Origin: Naegleria gruberi
Lineage: Eukaryota
NCBI GenBank assembly: GCA_000004985.1
Contig: GG738868.1
Length of the DNA stretch: 64,000 nt
Reading direction: 5' to 3' (one strand)
The translations under genes and the position numbers were made by a program. Numbering within the stretch: position 1 is the first letter of the stretch; each line of letters opens with the position of its first letter. Positions 1-13,014 of this stretch are shown here, piece by piece. The notes beneath the pieces are model-generated. The model had not been told where the DNA came from, made no database searches, and worked only from the letters and a program-made list of their open reading frames with translations.

Positions 1-336
1 TAAGTTATCAAGACAAACAATCAAAACCTTCACATATCAACACAATGATTCGTTACCCGTGTTCCAAAAGAATCTTGTGTTCAATTGTATTGTAATGGAA
101 TGACAGATCCTTCATCCATCATTTCATAGTTTCTTTTGTTGTGCTCAATAGTGTCTCGATCTTTTGATATTATCACATTTCTTTAATATTATGTTAAATG
201 TTAATAGACATGTCAAATAAATAATTAACATCTGTCATGTTTCAATTTTACCATGAAGTAAATGAGCAGGAATTAAGTGATAGATGAACTAATATGTAAA
301 CGAATTAATAGATGATATTTACTTCCTTTCAAAAAA

Positions 337-3300
337 ATGCCACAAGTCGAAACAATGACAAGAGACAGCAACAAAGGAGTTGGAGGTAACGAACGATCAT
401 CATCAACTCAAGCATTAGTACTTTATACGTTTGAAGCATCTTCTTCAAATGAAATGTCAATAATCGGTAAGTTTAATGTTGAATAAGTTTCGAATAAATT
501 TGCAAAGAGAATCAAATATTAACAGTTATTAAAAGTGATGATGATTGGACACTTTGTAAAAATCCAGAAACATCACAACTAGGTTATGTTCCAACACAAT
601 ATATTCAAATAATTGTTAAACCTCAAATTCGACCTCAACTAAATGTTAGCCGAAAGGTTTCGAATAATCAACAATCAACCACCACAACCAGTACATCGAT
701 CAATGTTTCATCAAACAAACAACAAGAAAGAAATAATTCTGATCACGAAACTAATCAAAAACCTCCACTTTCGGCTAGAAACAAAGTTTCGTCTACACAA
801 GTACCAACCTCTTCTTCTTCATCGAATGAGACAATAACAACTACAACACCAACAATCAATACCAAGTTAGCAGATTCACAAAAATCCTCATCTCCACAAT
901 CACCTGCCACATCAACATCATCAACTGACAATTTTACATCTGTCAAACAAAGAATTAAATTCTTACAAGAACATCAATTACCAATTCCTGGTGCAAATAA
1001 CACAACAAATCAACAAGATAAGTCAAAACGTGTTCAATTTGTTCAAACTCCAAGAAATCAAGATTCTTCACCAATTCCTAATACTGTTAATAATAATGTT
1101 AATGTTAATACTACTACTAATAATAATACTGTTAATAATAATACCAATAATAGTGGTAATGGTAGTGGTATTAATCAATCATCAACAATAGAGAGTGGTT
1201 CTTCGAGTGGAAATGTTTCTGGAAGACCTCCAAAACCAAAAGGTTACTCAACTGGAACACCAAGTGGTAATAACAATGGTAATATTTCAGGAATTAATTC
1301 TAGTGGTTCAACATCAGGATCTTCATCATTGAATGTTTCAACACCTCCAAGTGGAACTAGTCCAGTTCTCAATAATTATTTACAAATGTATGGAGCTGTT
1401 CCAATTTTACCATTTGTAAAACCTATGCAAACAAAGAATTTGACTCCTGATGAAACTTATGAAAATGCAGTGAATAATTCAATTTCAAATAATCAATATA
1501 GTACTAGTGGTAGTTCATTGAATGGAAGTTCTGTGCCTACTTCTACACAAGATTCCAATTTATTGGTTGATACTCGTGTCGAGGATAAGAAGGGATTGGC
1601 TAAATTGGGGAGAAGTTTATCACGTAAATTTAAAAAGAATCATAAGAATCATCACTCTGCAGCAACTCCAACGAGTGGAGATGATGATGAGATTATTCAA
1701 TCATCAACCACTGGTCATACAGATTACTTGAAAACAAGTCCTAGAGCAACTACTTCATTCCAACAATCACCAATTACCTCACTAACTAATGAAAATGAAT
1801 TTGATAAGCCAGCACTTCCTCCAAAGAAAACCAGAGGAATTGAAGAGGAATTAGATGCAGCCGATAAGAGAAAAACTCTTCCAGTCAACATGAGAAATGA
1901 TCTATTCCAAAAGATGCACAGTCAATTGAAAATGCAATCATTCACAGGTGACAATGCTCCTTCACTTTCTCGAACTGGAAGTATTCTTCAAACAACACAG
2001 GCTGAAGATGATGTTCAATTCATCAATGAAATAAGAAAACCATCAATGAGCAAATCAGTTGCTGTAAAATTAATTGCTGACAAGATGAAATTCTATAATA
2101 ACTATAGATTAATGAAATACTATCTCCAAAAAGATGAATCTCTCAAGAATGCCAGAATAAGAAAGCAAAAGGTGTTGGAAATTGTTAGTACAGAAAGAGA
2201 TTATGTACAAAATATTCATATTTGTGTTGATGAATTCCTAGCTCCAATGAGAACAAATCCAAAGAAGTTTGGTGTTAAAAACGAGCAATTGGATGTTCTC
2301 TTCTTGAATATTCTCCAAATTTTACAATGTAATCAAGAATTATTGAAGAGATTGAATGAACAAGTCAATGAAAATCAACAAGGAAGAACAACATGTGTGA
2401 GGATTGGTATTGTCTTTAGAGAAATGGCTGTGTGGTTCAAACTCTACACAGATTATATCAATAACCATGAGTCTGCCACCAGCACTTATGATTCACTGAT
2501 TGAGAGAAAGAAAAAGTTTGCTGCCTACATTGAAAAGCAACAAAATAATCCAAAATGTAAAAATTTACCACTTGCTGCCTATTTAATTCAACCTGTTCAA
2601 AGAATTCCAAGATATAGTAAGTAGAAAACTATGAAATATTCAATTATTAACCTATTGAAATTTTACAATCAAAATAGGACTTTTACTTGCTGACGTTATA
2701 AAATTGACACCAACAGATCACGTTGATTTTGATGATCTGCAAAAGGGTTATCAAGCAATTCTTGAAATTGCTGATTGGGTCAATGAAAGAAAGAGAGAGA
2801 ATGAAAATCAACACTCTCTCACTAAATTACAACTCAAATTAACCGATTCAGAATTTAAACAAATTTTCCTTCCTCATAGAAAGTTAATTTCCAAGACTGA
2901 AACATTGAAATCAACAATAACTTTTAAGGATCATGAATCTGATTTTGACAAGTATTTTGCATTTAACAGACAAACAGAAGCTTACTTGTTTTCTGATATG
3001 TTAATCATAGCACTTGGAGAACAAGTTGATACTTCACAAGCTCTCTCCCAGCAACACATTATTATGAGAGAAAATTTGGTAATCATTTACTTTGTATTTG
3101 TAAAAATTGTAAAAGTAGAATATATGCAACCAGTTGAGGATGCTCCAGCACAAACTGATTCAGTTCCAAATATGGTTCAAATAGCATATGGATTGAGAGG
3201 AAAGGATTTAATGTTTGAATTCAATTTAGAATCATGTGATAACCATTTCTCTAAAAAGATTCTCTCCTGTATTAATACATGTAAGAAGAATGTCTCAAAT

Positions 3301-3711
3301 AAGACAGGCATGGATCCAGAAAGTCTATTTGGTGTCTCTGCTCAATTCAATAGAATTTTGAGATCGATACCAGAAATTAAAGATCAAATGAAAAGAAAAA
3401 AGGAAAAGGCAACTAGAATGCAAGCTGAAATAACGACCATATCTAAGGAAATTGAAAGAAAAGAACAGGAAGTTCTCAGATTATTGGAAGAAATCAATAA
3501 TTTGAAAGAACAAAAGATGCAAAATGAATTGGGAATTTCAGAGGCAGAACAAGACTCTGTTAAATCTTCCTCAGATTTCAAACAAGTAGCAGAAGAAAAG
3601 AAGAAATGTCAGGAAAATGTCTTTACAATTCTTGGAAATGATTTATTTGCATACACTGAAATGTTCGGTTCAATTTCAAATCGAGACGATCCTAAAATAC
3701 TAATGGATTAA
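337..3711 (+). CDS. Rho-family guanine nucleotide exchange factor with N-terminal SH3, DH (RhoGEF) and PH domains; 3 exons (337..466, 526..2616, 2678..3711)
   Basis: SH3-like segment ALVLYTFEASSSNEMSIIG|VIKSDDDWTLCKNPETSQLGYVPTQYIQII is split by a GTAAGT...AACAG intron at 467..525. DH motifs are KQKVLEIVSTERDYVQNIHICVDEFLAPMR and LIQPVQRIPRY|R|LLLADVIKLTP, spliced across a GTAAGT...AAAATAG intron at 2617..2677. A PH-like region follows and the stop is TAA at 3709. There is a long S/T/N-rich linker. Confidence 0.8.
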
Positions 3712-3730
3712 ATAAATAATGAAAGTTGTT

Positions 3731-5488
3731 TTATTCTCCATTATTGGTTACCCTCTTGAATACCTCAGAGTACTTTTCAATTTGTCTATAGACGAGAAAG
3801 TTTTCCTTCACTCGTTTCTCTGAATTAATTCCATAAAGAGTTCTCTTCTTTTCATCTAACAGCATTTCGGATAGAGTTTGAGCAATTTCAAAATCATCTT
3901 GAGCATTCACTAAGCGACCATCAATTCCATCCCTCAATTGAATTCTCAATCCAACAGCTTGTCTTGAACCCATCACTGGAATTCCCTTAAACATTGCCTC
4001 AGTACAAGTTAATCCGAAACTCTCTCTTAAACTATTCTGAACCACAACAAGTGAACATCTCTGAAGAGCATTGACAATGAGAGCATTTTGTTGAACGTTA
4101 TTCATTGGAAGTGAGAGAATGGCAACATCCTCCTGTAGTTCAGGACTCAAATCAGCATAGAAAACTGACAATTCCTCAAATACTTGCAATCCTTCAGGAT
4201 CATCTTGAATGAATTTAGGATCTGGACCTGCCAATACTTTACAAAACAATCAAATTTCTTTGTTTTTCAAAGAATTAACTTACCTAGCTTGACTCTCTTT
4301 AATAATTTCATTTCTTCTTCTGTTAATTTCTCTGACATTGTTTCAAGATTTTGTTTCATTCTCAACCAACCTTTCATGAGTGGAATCCAACCTTTCAATC
4401 TGTCCCATCTACTTATTTGAGTGACAATTGGATTGAATGGAATGCCTAATAGATATGGATCTCTGAATAATCTCTTAACTTTGTGTGGATATTTGGATTT
4501 CCACTCAAATTCTTCTTCACATCTAGTCAACCCAGATTGAACTAGAATATTCATAATTTCATTGGTTGATAAATGTTGATTCTTTGGATTGAATGGTGAT
4601 AAACTTGGATAAATAATTGAAAAGTTATTCTTCAAATATGAAGGAGCATACTCTGGTGAAGTAAAAATTGAATGGTCAACCATTTGAATATATGGCTGAA
4701 GGAAATTCCAAGCACATCTTGTTTGAAAATTATGTTCATCCAATCCAATATGACATCTGAATATGACCTTCACTCTATTTCCAAATACTTCACGAATGCT
4801 CTTTACTAATCCCAAAGGTTGAGGATCATGTAATACTTTATGTGAAATAATTTCACAAATTATTAAGCTAAACTTCAAACCCATTATTGTAATACATACT
4901 CACAATATCACCCTCACTGATAATACTACCAGTCAGGAAGCCCTCACTATTGGCATTCTCTCTATTCACATTTTCGTAAACAATTCGATCCTCAGATGTA
5001 AAGTCACGATCTTCTCCACTGCCATGAATGAAATTGTGAATCTTTTTAGTTACACTGAAAAACATTTCATCATCTGTATTGATTGTTAACCACGATGCCT
5101 GCATAATTGTATATTGATTTAGCAATGTTTCATTATTTTGTTTTGTATTAATAAACAATACATACAGTATAGCCAACTTCATTCATTGTACCACATAATC
5201 TTAACTGATCGATTAGAGAGAATGAATTGAATAAAAGAGATGATAATACGTACCAACATTTCTGCAACACCTCCTCCAACTGCTGTTGAATTAATGTGCC
5301 ATATCTTTCTATTGGAAAATGGTTTCACTTTCCTTTTCATTTTACCTTAAGAATGTTAATTCACTAACTGAATTATTTAAATAATATATTTACCAATTGC
5401 TTCAGAAAAGGAAGCATACTTTGATTGTTCTTCCAATGATAACGTATCTTCTTTGTCTTTGGCTTCCTTTACGAATTTTAGAGGCATT
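3731..5488 (-). CDS. GT4 glycosyltransferase, trehalose synthase (TreT)-like; multi-exon (about 5 exons)
   Basis: N-terminal exon reads MPLKFVKEAKDKEDTLSLEEQSKYASFSEAIG with its ATG near 5488. Internal motifs include HDPQPLGLVKSIREVFG. The C-terminal E-x7-E GT4 signature ESFGLTCTEAMFKGIPVMG...GLRIQLRDGIDGRLV closely resembles archaeal/bacterial TreT. Introns were inferred from GTAAGT/GTACGT donors at about 4250-4266, 4885-4900, about 5185-5250 and 5340-5395. Confidence 0.6.
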
Positions 5489-5630
5489 TCTTTTACTCAA
5501 TGATTCTCTTTGATTATTCTAAAAGAGGAAAAAAGACAAAAAAATAACAAAGTAAATTGTACAAAATTAAAAGGGAGTTTTAGTTTAGGGGAGTTATTTG
5601 ATACAGAGGAAGGAAAAAGGTATGATGAAA

Positions 5631-7208
5631 TTACCACTTCTTTTGATTTTGTTGATGTGTGGTATTATTGGTTGGATTACCTGATGGATAAGCTGGATAA
5701 ACAATTTGGTTTGGATGTCCAAAAACGTAGCCAGATTGTGGGTATTGGGATTGGTAACCTGGGAGATAAGCTGGGTATGGATTAACCTTAGCTTCGTTTT
5801 GTGGAGATTCTGATTTATGCTTATTGTCCATTTGCATTTGTTGACTTTGTGGATACATGAAGAAGTATGGTTGTTGAACGAATGGATAGTTAGCATCTTG
5901 TTGATGTTGTTCAGCATCTTCAGAACCAGTAGCTTGATTGTACATTCCGAATCCTTCTTGACTATAACCAAAACCTTGATTAAAGTTCTTATTAGTATTA
6001 ACACCTTGAGCACCTTGAGGTTGATAATATTGATAAATGTATGGGTAATATTGAGGATGATATGGATATTGATGATTTGGAATGTATGGAATGCCATAAT
6101 TGTGATGCATCTTTGGATCAGACCAGAATTGACCATTTTGCATTTGTGGGTTAGTTTGAGCGTTTGGTTGATTAACAGAAGAAGTAGGTTGAGATTTTGG
6201 AAGTGGTTGAGATCCTAAATCCAAAGTACCGAATTGAATATTTTGAGTAGTATTGTATGGAATACCTGTTGGCATTTGGAGTTGTGGTTGTTCTTCTTGT
6301 TGAGTTGGTCTTTGTTCGAATGAAGTTTGGTAGTTTGATTGAGCAGATTGTTGTGGTTGTTGAATTGGTTGAGATGGTTGTTGGATTTCAACTTGTTCTT
6401 CAACTTGTTGTTCAACTTCTTCATTGGCCAATTCTTCTTCTGGTACTTCTTCTTCGACAACAGATTCTTGGACAATTTGTTGTTGAATTTGAACTGGTTC
6501 TTGGACAGGTTCTTTAACCTCTTCCTTTGGAGCCTTCTTATCACCCTTTTTCTTTCGTTGTTGATTTCGTTCATTCTTAGCTTTTTCCTTTTGATCCTTG
6601 GCTTGTTGTTCCAAAAGTTTCTTTTCTTCATCAATCTTCTTCTTTTCTTCATCTTCCTTTTTTTTGAAAGCAGCAGCAGCTTCGCTGTATGAAAGAACCT
6701 TGGCTTGTTGTGGTTGAGTTTGTTTTGGTTCTTCTACAACTTCGTCTTCTGGAGCAGAAAAATTACGAACTTCAGATGATGTTGTTTTGTCTTGCTTAGA
6801 TGGTTTTTTCTTGTTTGGTTTATCATTTGTAGGAGAGGCTGGTTGTTGTGTGGTTGATGTTGATCTAGGGCCTGATGGTGAGGAACCAGCACGGCTTCCA
6901 CCACGAGAACCACCTCTACCTCCACGACCACCTCTACCACCTCTAGTAGTCTTTTGTGTTCTGATATCCTTTTTCTCTACGGTTGTCCAATCTTCCTTAC
7001 CATCAACCTTCTTTTGTACTACAAGTTGAACATCATAGTTGTTTTCTTCGAGACATCTTTGGATTTCATTTTTTTTCCAATCACCGAACATTTCTTGGAT
7101 TTGTCTTACTTTTTTCTCAACATCCCTTGGAAGGTTATCACCTTCAGAGTTATTGTTGTTGTATTGTCTTTTAGTGTATGTTTGCTTTCCTCCTTTGTTT
7201 TGGGACAT
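5631..7208 (-). CDS. CUE-domain protein with RGG box, KE-rich coiled region and Q/P/Y-rich prion-like C-terminus (yeast Def1-like architecture)
   Basis: Single 525-aa ORF. The N-terminal segment QIQEMFGDWKKNEIQRCLEENNYDVQLVV fits a CUE (MFP...di-Leu) motif. It is followed by RGGRGGRGGRGGSRGGSR and an EK-rich block. The C-terminus is a Q/P/Y/N-rich domain of about 250 aa. Confidence 0.6.
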   Translation of the reverse strand: MSQNKGGKQTYTKRQYNNNNSEGDNLPRDVEKKVRQIQEMFGDWKKNEIQRCLEENNYDVQLVVQKKVDGKEDWTTVEKKDIRTQKTTRGGRGGRGGRGGSRGGSRAGSSPSGPRSTSTTQQPASPTNDKPNKKKPSKQDKTTSSEVRNFSAPEDEVVEEPKQTQPQQAKVLSYSEAAAAFKKKEDEEKKKIDEEKKLLEQQAKDQKEKAKNERNQQRKKKGDKKAPKEEVKEPVQEPVQIQQQIVQESVVEEEVPEEELANEEVEQQVEEQVEIQQPSQPIQQPQQSAQSNYQTSFEQRPTQQEEQPQLQMPTGIPYNTTQNIQFGTLDLGSQPLPKSQPTSSVNQPNAQTNPQMQNGQFWSDPKMHHNYGIPYIPNHQYPYHPQYYPYIYQYYQPQGAQGVNTNKNFNQGFGYSQEGFGMYNQATGSEDAEQHQQDANYPFVQQPYFFMYPQSQQMQMDNKHKSESPQNEAKVNPYPAYLPGYQSQYPQSGYVFGHPNQIVYPAYPSGNPTNNTTHQQNQKKW

Positions 7209-7386
7209 TTTTTATGGGGGGATGATATGTCAAGCGAGACGCTTTGAGTTATTTTTTTTTGTAAGTTTTATTTTTGTTTTGCTACTTCCTTTGCGCTTTA
7301 GCTTGACTCTTCTCACAGCTAAAGGCCTTGTTGAAATACACACGCTTTGTATGAACAAAATTCCAGCCTTGTTTTGCTTTTTGATG

Positions 7387-7398
7387 TTGGCGCCAAAA
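7387..7398. promoter_or_regulatory. E2F-like palindromic element TTGGCGCCAAAA in CUE/YME1 divergent promoter
   Basis: Exact GGCGCC core flanked by T-run/A-run, 181 bp upstream of the minus-strand ATG at 7208. Confidence 0.4.
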
Positions 7399-8146
7399 TT
7401 TTGTGCCACAATACTCAACACCACAACAATAAATTGGATATCCATCTTCATTCTCTGTCTGTAACTACACTCTTTGGAACAAGGACTACTACCAACAAGA
7501 TGACACAAAGATGACAATGATCCATTCGGTTTGTTACGGAAGGTAGGTTATTGTTGATAACAATTATTATTATTTTTACCACCATCACGTTTGTAACCTT
7601 TGTCAACTTTACAATGACAATTCCGATGTACTTCCATTGTGAAATGCAACATTTAGAAATAACAAGATTCATTCCTGACAATATGAATTAGCAATTCAAT
7701 TTGGATATTATTATGAAAACCTCAACGACTGTGCAGTTGTTGTCATGAACAATGGAATTCATAAACTCGATTTCAACTATAATTATTCATCCTCATCAAC
7801 TCTCATTATTCTCTACTAAGTCTATACAGGATGATCCAATTAAGATTGAAGGTGTTGTTCCTCTCTAATATTCAGTCTATCCTTGATATATCGTCCAAAT
7901 TGATTGAGCACAATAAGATTCTCATCAAATATTTTACTCCAAACTTATCTTGATGTTCAATCCTCTATAAGTACTACAACAAAAGCAGCCATCATGATGT
8001 GATGCTGCTTGATTTTTACCTGGAGAATCATCCTCCGAGTTGTGGCTGGGTAGCTTCAATTCTATCAAAATGAAAATTATTGCGAATATTTTACCTCCAT
8101 GCTAAGAAGAGGACGACGGAATCATCAAACCAAATTTAAAAAAAAA

Positions 8147-10357
8147 TGTTGGTCAAGAAATCTAGTGGAAGTCTCAGACAATTAAAACTCAATCCGTTGA
8201 TGAGGAGTTCTGCATTAATTGTTGGTCAACCATCATCTTTCTTGGATGTACCTGTATATTCTTCTGTGCCAGGTGAGTTTTAATTTTCGGATGATGATGA
8301 TTTAATTCGGAATTTTTCTAGAATCTTTTTATACAAAATTGTTTTTAAAGAGAATGTTCCATACATCTACACTTTTAAAGGCATATAAAGTTAGTCCTTC
8401 AAAATTAGCTAGATTAGAATATGAAGCTCAAACATCAAATGATATGAATAGAAAAGCTGAATATTTACAAGCTTTGTGTGATTTGGAACAATATCAATTG
8501 GTAACTCAACTTGTAGATAATGGAAACTATTCATTGGATCATCCATTGATTAGAACTTCTTACAAAATTGCTTTGGAAAGAATTGGAGGTGTCAATCAAT
8601 CGGACCTCTCTAGAACTTCATTGCATCAAACAATTTTCAATCAACAGCCTCAATATCATCAACCACAACAACAACAACAACAACCACAACAATCATATTA
8701 TCCTCCTCCAGATTATCAACAATATTCCAATAATTATCAATCACCTCAACCAGTCCTTCCTCAAAAATTAGTTGTTACTATGGATGATTCCTTCTTCTCC
8801 AGATTTAACAAAGTCAATATGAATAGAGCTATTTGGTCAATGCTTTTTAGTGCATCTATTCTCTTGGTTTTCTTCTATTTAACATTTTACTCTTCCGATC
8901 CATCCAAACAAAAACAAGGTGGAGGTGGAATAGGTTCAATGTTTGGGCAAACTACCTATAAACCAATTACAAATGTTGAAACAAGATTTGATGATGTCAA
9001 AGGTATTGATGAATGTAGAGGCGAATTGGAAGAAATTGTTGATTTTTTGAAAAATCCAGAAAAGTTTAACAAATTGGGTGGTAAACTTCCTAAGGGTGTT
9101 CTCCTTGTAGGTAAACCTGGTGTTGGTAAGACCCTCCTTGCCAAGGCTATTGCTGGTGAAGCTGGAGTTCCTTTCTTCTTCTGTTCAGGATCTGAATTTG
9201 ACGAAATGTTTGTCGGTGTTGGTGCTAAACGTATTAGAGAATTGTTTGCTGCAGCAAGAAAGCAAGCACCTTGTATTATCTTTATTGATGAAATTGACTC
9301 TCTTGGTGGTAAAAGAACAGCCAGAGATCCATTCTATTCTAAACAAACACTCAATCAAATCCTTTCGGAAATGGATGGTTTCAAATCAAGTGAAGGAATC
9401 ATTGTTATCGGTGCTACTAACTTGTTAGATTCTCTTGATAAGGCTTTAATTAGACCTGGAAGATTTGATAGACATATTGAAGTTCCTCTTCCTGATTTGA
9501 AAGGTAGAAAGGATATTTTGAGTTTGTACTTGAAGAAAGTACCAATTAATCCAGCTGTAAATATTGACACAATTGCCAAAAAGACAACAGGATTTACTGG
9601 AGCTGATTTAGAAAATCTTGTCAATGTTGCATCGATAAGAGCATGTACAAAGAATAAGGAACAAGTTAGTAATGATGATATGGATTATGCCTTCGATAGA
9701 ATTGTTATGGGTATTGCAAGAACATCTAGTATTAATTTGATGAATGAAAAGGATAAGGAAATTACTGCTATTCACGAATGTGGACATGCTTTAGTTGTCT
9801 TACTCAATCAAAAGAATCTTACTCATAATAAGGATAATCTTCACAAGATCACTATTATTCCTAGAGGTAGTGCCCTTGGTTTCACAGCATCTTTGCCTGA
9901 ACGAGAGGTTCATCACATGTCTAAACAACAATATCATCAAATTATAGATAAGGCTCTTGGAGGTGTTGTTGCTGAGGAAATTTGTTATGGAAAGGATTAT
10001 GTCACAAGTGGTTGTACATCAGATTTACAACATGCTACAAATATTGCCAGAGCTATGGTTACAAGATTTGGTATGAGTGAATTGGGATTAATCGATTTTA
10101 CTGAAGAATCAGGTTCTATGTATCAAAAGGGTCCTGAGTTCTCTCCAGAAACCAAGAGATTAATTGATATTGAAATTCAAAAGATTGTCAATGGTTCTTA
10201 TGAAAGAGTTAAAAAGATGCTTAAGGAAAATGAACCTCAATTGAGGAAGCTTGCCCACGAGTTGGTCAAGTATGAAACCTTATCAGGAAAGGAAGTTTTA
10301 GATATTTTGGATGGAAAAGAAGTTACTCGTTCCATTGCTGGTGAAGTTGATTATTAA
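8147..10357 (+). CDS. Mitochondrial ATP-dependent zinc metalloprotease, FtsH/YME1-like (i-AAA); 2 exons (8147..8274, 8322..10357)
   Basis: The main ORF contains the AAA Walker A motif [23 protein letters not shown], Walker [13 protein letters not shown] and the M41 peptidase zinc site HECGHALV, with a single TM segment. The upstream exon [43 protein letters not shown] looks like a presequence. It splices in frame across GTGAGT...TTTCTAG to [17 protein letters not shown]. Confidence 0.88.
8653..8700 (+). repeat. (CAA/CAG)n poly-Q-encoding microsatellite inside YME1-like CDS
   Basis: caacaacaacaacaacaaccacaacaa translating to [11 protein letters not shown]. Confidence 0.8.
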
Positions 10358-10569
10358 GCTCTAATAATAAAATTCTTTTTAATTGATGATAAATAATTCC
10401 CAGTTATAAAAATAAAAACAATTATAAAGAATTATACATTTAAATTATTTTAATGTTTTCAGATTTTTAGAATTAAATTTACACTCTATTTTAATTGTCG
10501 TCATCACTAGGTGGTTCAACATAATCATTACTAAAATATTTGTCAAGATATTTTGATAATGTAAAATAC

Positions 10570-12607
10570 TTACTTTAAGAAAAATCTTACGTCTCTATCC
10601 TTGTCATTATCTAAAGTTTGTCTAATTGTAACAAAGATTGGAGTTTCTCTAAGTTGTTCATTTGGAAGAATAGCTCTCCTCATAACTTTAGCTAAATTCA
10701 ATCTGACATTAGGTATGACATCTTTTGATAATTTTTCTAATTCAGGAGCAAATTCTGACAAAAACAAATTAATATCAATTTCTTGAACCAAATATTCACA
10801 AGCAAAAACAAAGATTAATCTTCTGTGGAATTCACCAGAAGCCAATTCATGAAGGAAACCTGTCAACTCATTTTGACCTTCCTTGCTTTCCTCATCACAT
10901 AATCTCTTCATAATTTTACCACACTAAAATGTTTGAGTAAATTTGTTTGTAAATTAGTTTGTTACTTACAGAAACAATAGAATTCTTTCGGACTACGGCA
11001 AAATCATCAGTGTACAAATCAAAAATAACATTGAGTATAGTATTCTTAACAGTCTCAGGTGAAACTAATTCAGCCAACAAGCCCAATTGTTTGGAAATTT
11101 CGCTCTTAATTCTCCAGTTATCAGTTTGCTCTGGAATGGAACAAATTGTTGATAAATACTTTTGCTTAGTTTCTTCAGAGAAGTGTTTGAAAAGGATTGA
11201 TAAATTGGCAATAACACCAATCTTGACTTCATCTAAATCTTTCAAAAAGAGTTCTAAAGCGTTAGCTAAACAAGTTTCTGTAACTTCCTGAGAAACAAGT
11301 TGTGCAACTTCGTGTAATGAACAAGCCAATGATCTTCTAACCTTCCATTGAACATCCTTAACCAAATGATTGTAGGCATTTTCAACTTGTGACCATTTAG
11401 TCTTTCCTATGATTTGGGCAACAGCTGGGAAGTTATAAGCACAGTATTCTACCATATCAGTTTCATTTTGATCATTTTGGAATGCCATTTCAGAAAAGTA
11501 TTGAATAAGTGTTTCAGGGATAGATGAAGGAACTTCAGGAGTATCAGGTTCAAAAGTAGCAATGAAAGCACCTAATTGCTTATATGCTTCCATTTTAACC
11601 CATCTGGAAACATCATCAGCAAATCTTTCAAAAAGTTCAACCAAAGTATTCAATCTAGTTTCTCTATCAACACACTTAGAAATTTCTGGAAGAGATTCAG
11701 CACAAGCCTTTCTAACACCCCATATTTCATCCTTACTTAAAACAAGATAGACTGGAAGTATTTTGGTTACTGTCAATTCTGGTCCAATTTGTTGACAAAT
11801 TAAACTTAATGATTGTGATACAGTTTTTCTAACCAAAAGTGATGGATCATCACTGAGGGAAATAATTTCTTGAACAACAACTTCCTTTACAAGATCAGGT
11901 CCAAATTGTGGTGCCAATTCGTTAAATAATCTAGCTGCTGCAATACGATACTCCTCAACTCTATCATCATGGGCCAAATTTACTATTACGGACAGCAATT
12001 GTGGCTCGATGTGATTTTGTTTTATCAATTTTGAAATTTTTACCAAGGCCTCAGTAGCACTATTTCCAACTTCAGTATTCTTATCAATGATCAATTCAAA
12101 AGTATATGGTATAAATGTATTGATAAGTTCATTGTATCCTTCCTCTCCTCCATTTTCCAAAAAGAATGTTGCTAATGGATAGAGTTTTTCAGCGAATACT
12201 TGTCTGACTACAGGTTCTGTGTCTGAAACGAAGTTTTGAAGAAGAGGTAATAAACGTTTCACACTTTCCTTGTACCCTGCTTCAATTGCTGTATCATGAA
12301 CATCCCTAAGGAGTACAAGTCTGTTGTATAAATAATAATGATATAATTTGATGATGATGATGATGAAAATAACGTTATTTGTTATACAAATTAATTAGAA
12401 TTGTATAACAATAACAAAATACAAACCTCTGCAGAGAAAAATCAGAATTATAATACTTTTCCAGACGCGAAAGGCTGTCCAAAGTATCATCTATTGTGTA
12501 TTCATTAAAAATAAAATCGTCCTCTATTTAAAAAGTATATTAGTTTTTTGTTCTTCTTTATAAAAGAAAAACTAACCATCAAAAGAATCATCTCCGTTTT
12601 CATACAT
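10570..12607 (-). CDS. Serine/threonine protein phosphatase 4 regulatory subunit 1 (PP4R1), HEAT-repeat protein; at least 4 exons
   Basis: The reconstructed N-terminus is MYENGDDSFDG|EDDFIFNEYTIDDTLDSLSRLEKYYNSDFSLQ|RLVLLRDVHDTAIEAGYKESVKRLLPLL. Matches to human PP4R1 as I recall it include LGRLDKYAASENIFNRQMVARSL, WGVRKACAE, and QWKVRRSLACSLHEVA...FLKDLDEVKIGV against QWKVRRTLAFSIHELA...FLKDLDEVRIGV. The C-terminal IPNVRLNLAKVMRR matches VPNVRVLLAKTLRQ. Introns are GTTAGT...AAATAG, GTTTGT...ACAACAG and GTAAGTAAC...TTTTAG, the last at 10922..10967. Confidence 0.85.
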
Positions 12608-12697
12608 CTTCGCGTCTTGTTATTCTTCCAAGTTGTAGGATAAAAATTTTTGAAGATTATTTTTTTTGTTCGTCTAAAAGCGTTATTCTCTTCAATG

Positions 12698-12709
12698 AGG
12701 GCGCCAAGT
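12698..12709. promoter_or_regulatory. E2F-like element GGGCGCCAAG upstream of PP4R1
   Basis: GGCGCC core about 95 bp upstream of the minus-strand ATG at 12607. Confidence 0.35.
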
Positions 12710-13014
12710 CAAAACTTTTGTAAGCCAAAATAATGGCTATTATTATTGTGAATATCTAACTATTTAATTATTATTGCAAATTATAATAATTTAATTTATT
12801 AATGTAATTGTTGTTATTCGAAAAATCAGCACTGCTGGGTGGAAGAAGTAACAAGTTGTTCGTAATGATGAAGAAACATCATCACCCATTTACAGCACGC
12901 GTTGATTCCTTTCAAGTTAATCGTACATCATCACAATTGAGTAATTAAGTATCAAGTTTCATCATAATACGCAGCTTGTCTCTCTATTCAGAAAATGGTA
13001 TTTCAAAGTTTAGT

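Noticed and set aside
1522-1731. 69-aa ORF in an alternative frame inside the RhoGEF exon
   Set aside because: It is fully nested in a long, homology-supported ORF on the same strand and is a frame artefact.
3060-3115. Possible extra intron (gtaatcattt...gtaaaag) in the RhoGEF gene giving the odd peptide LVIIYFVFVKIVKVEY
   Set aside because: The candidate intron lengths (37 or 40 nt) are not multiples of three and would break the frame. Read-through keeps the frame, so it is left as coding with low certainty.
6215-7029. Antisense ORFs (6215..6652 -, 6257..6517 +, 6339..6692 +, 6734..6940 -, 6787..7029 +) overlapping the CUE/Q-rich gene
   Set aside because: They are generated by the low-complexity (CAA/GAA/GGT) repeats of the real minus-strand gene. 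They encode K/N- or L/F-homopolymeric peptides with no start context.
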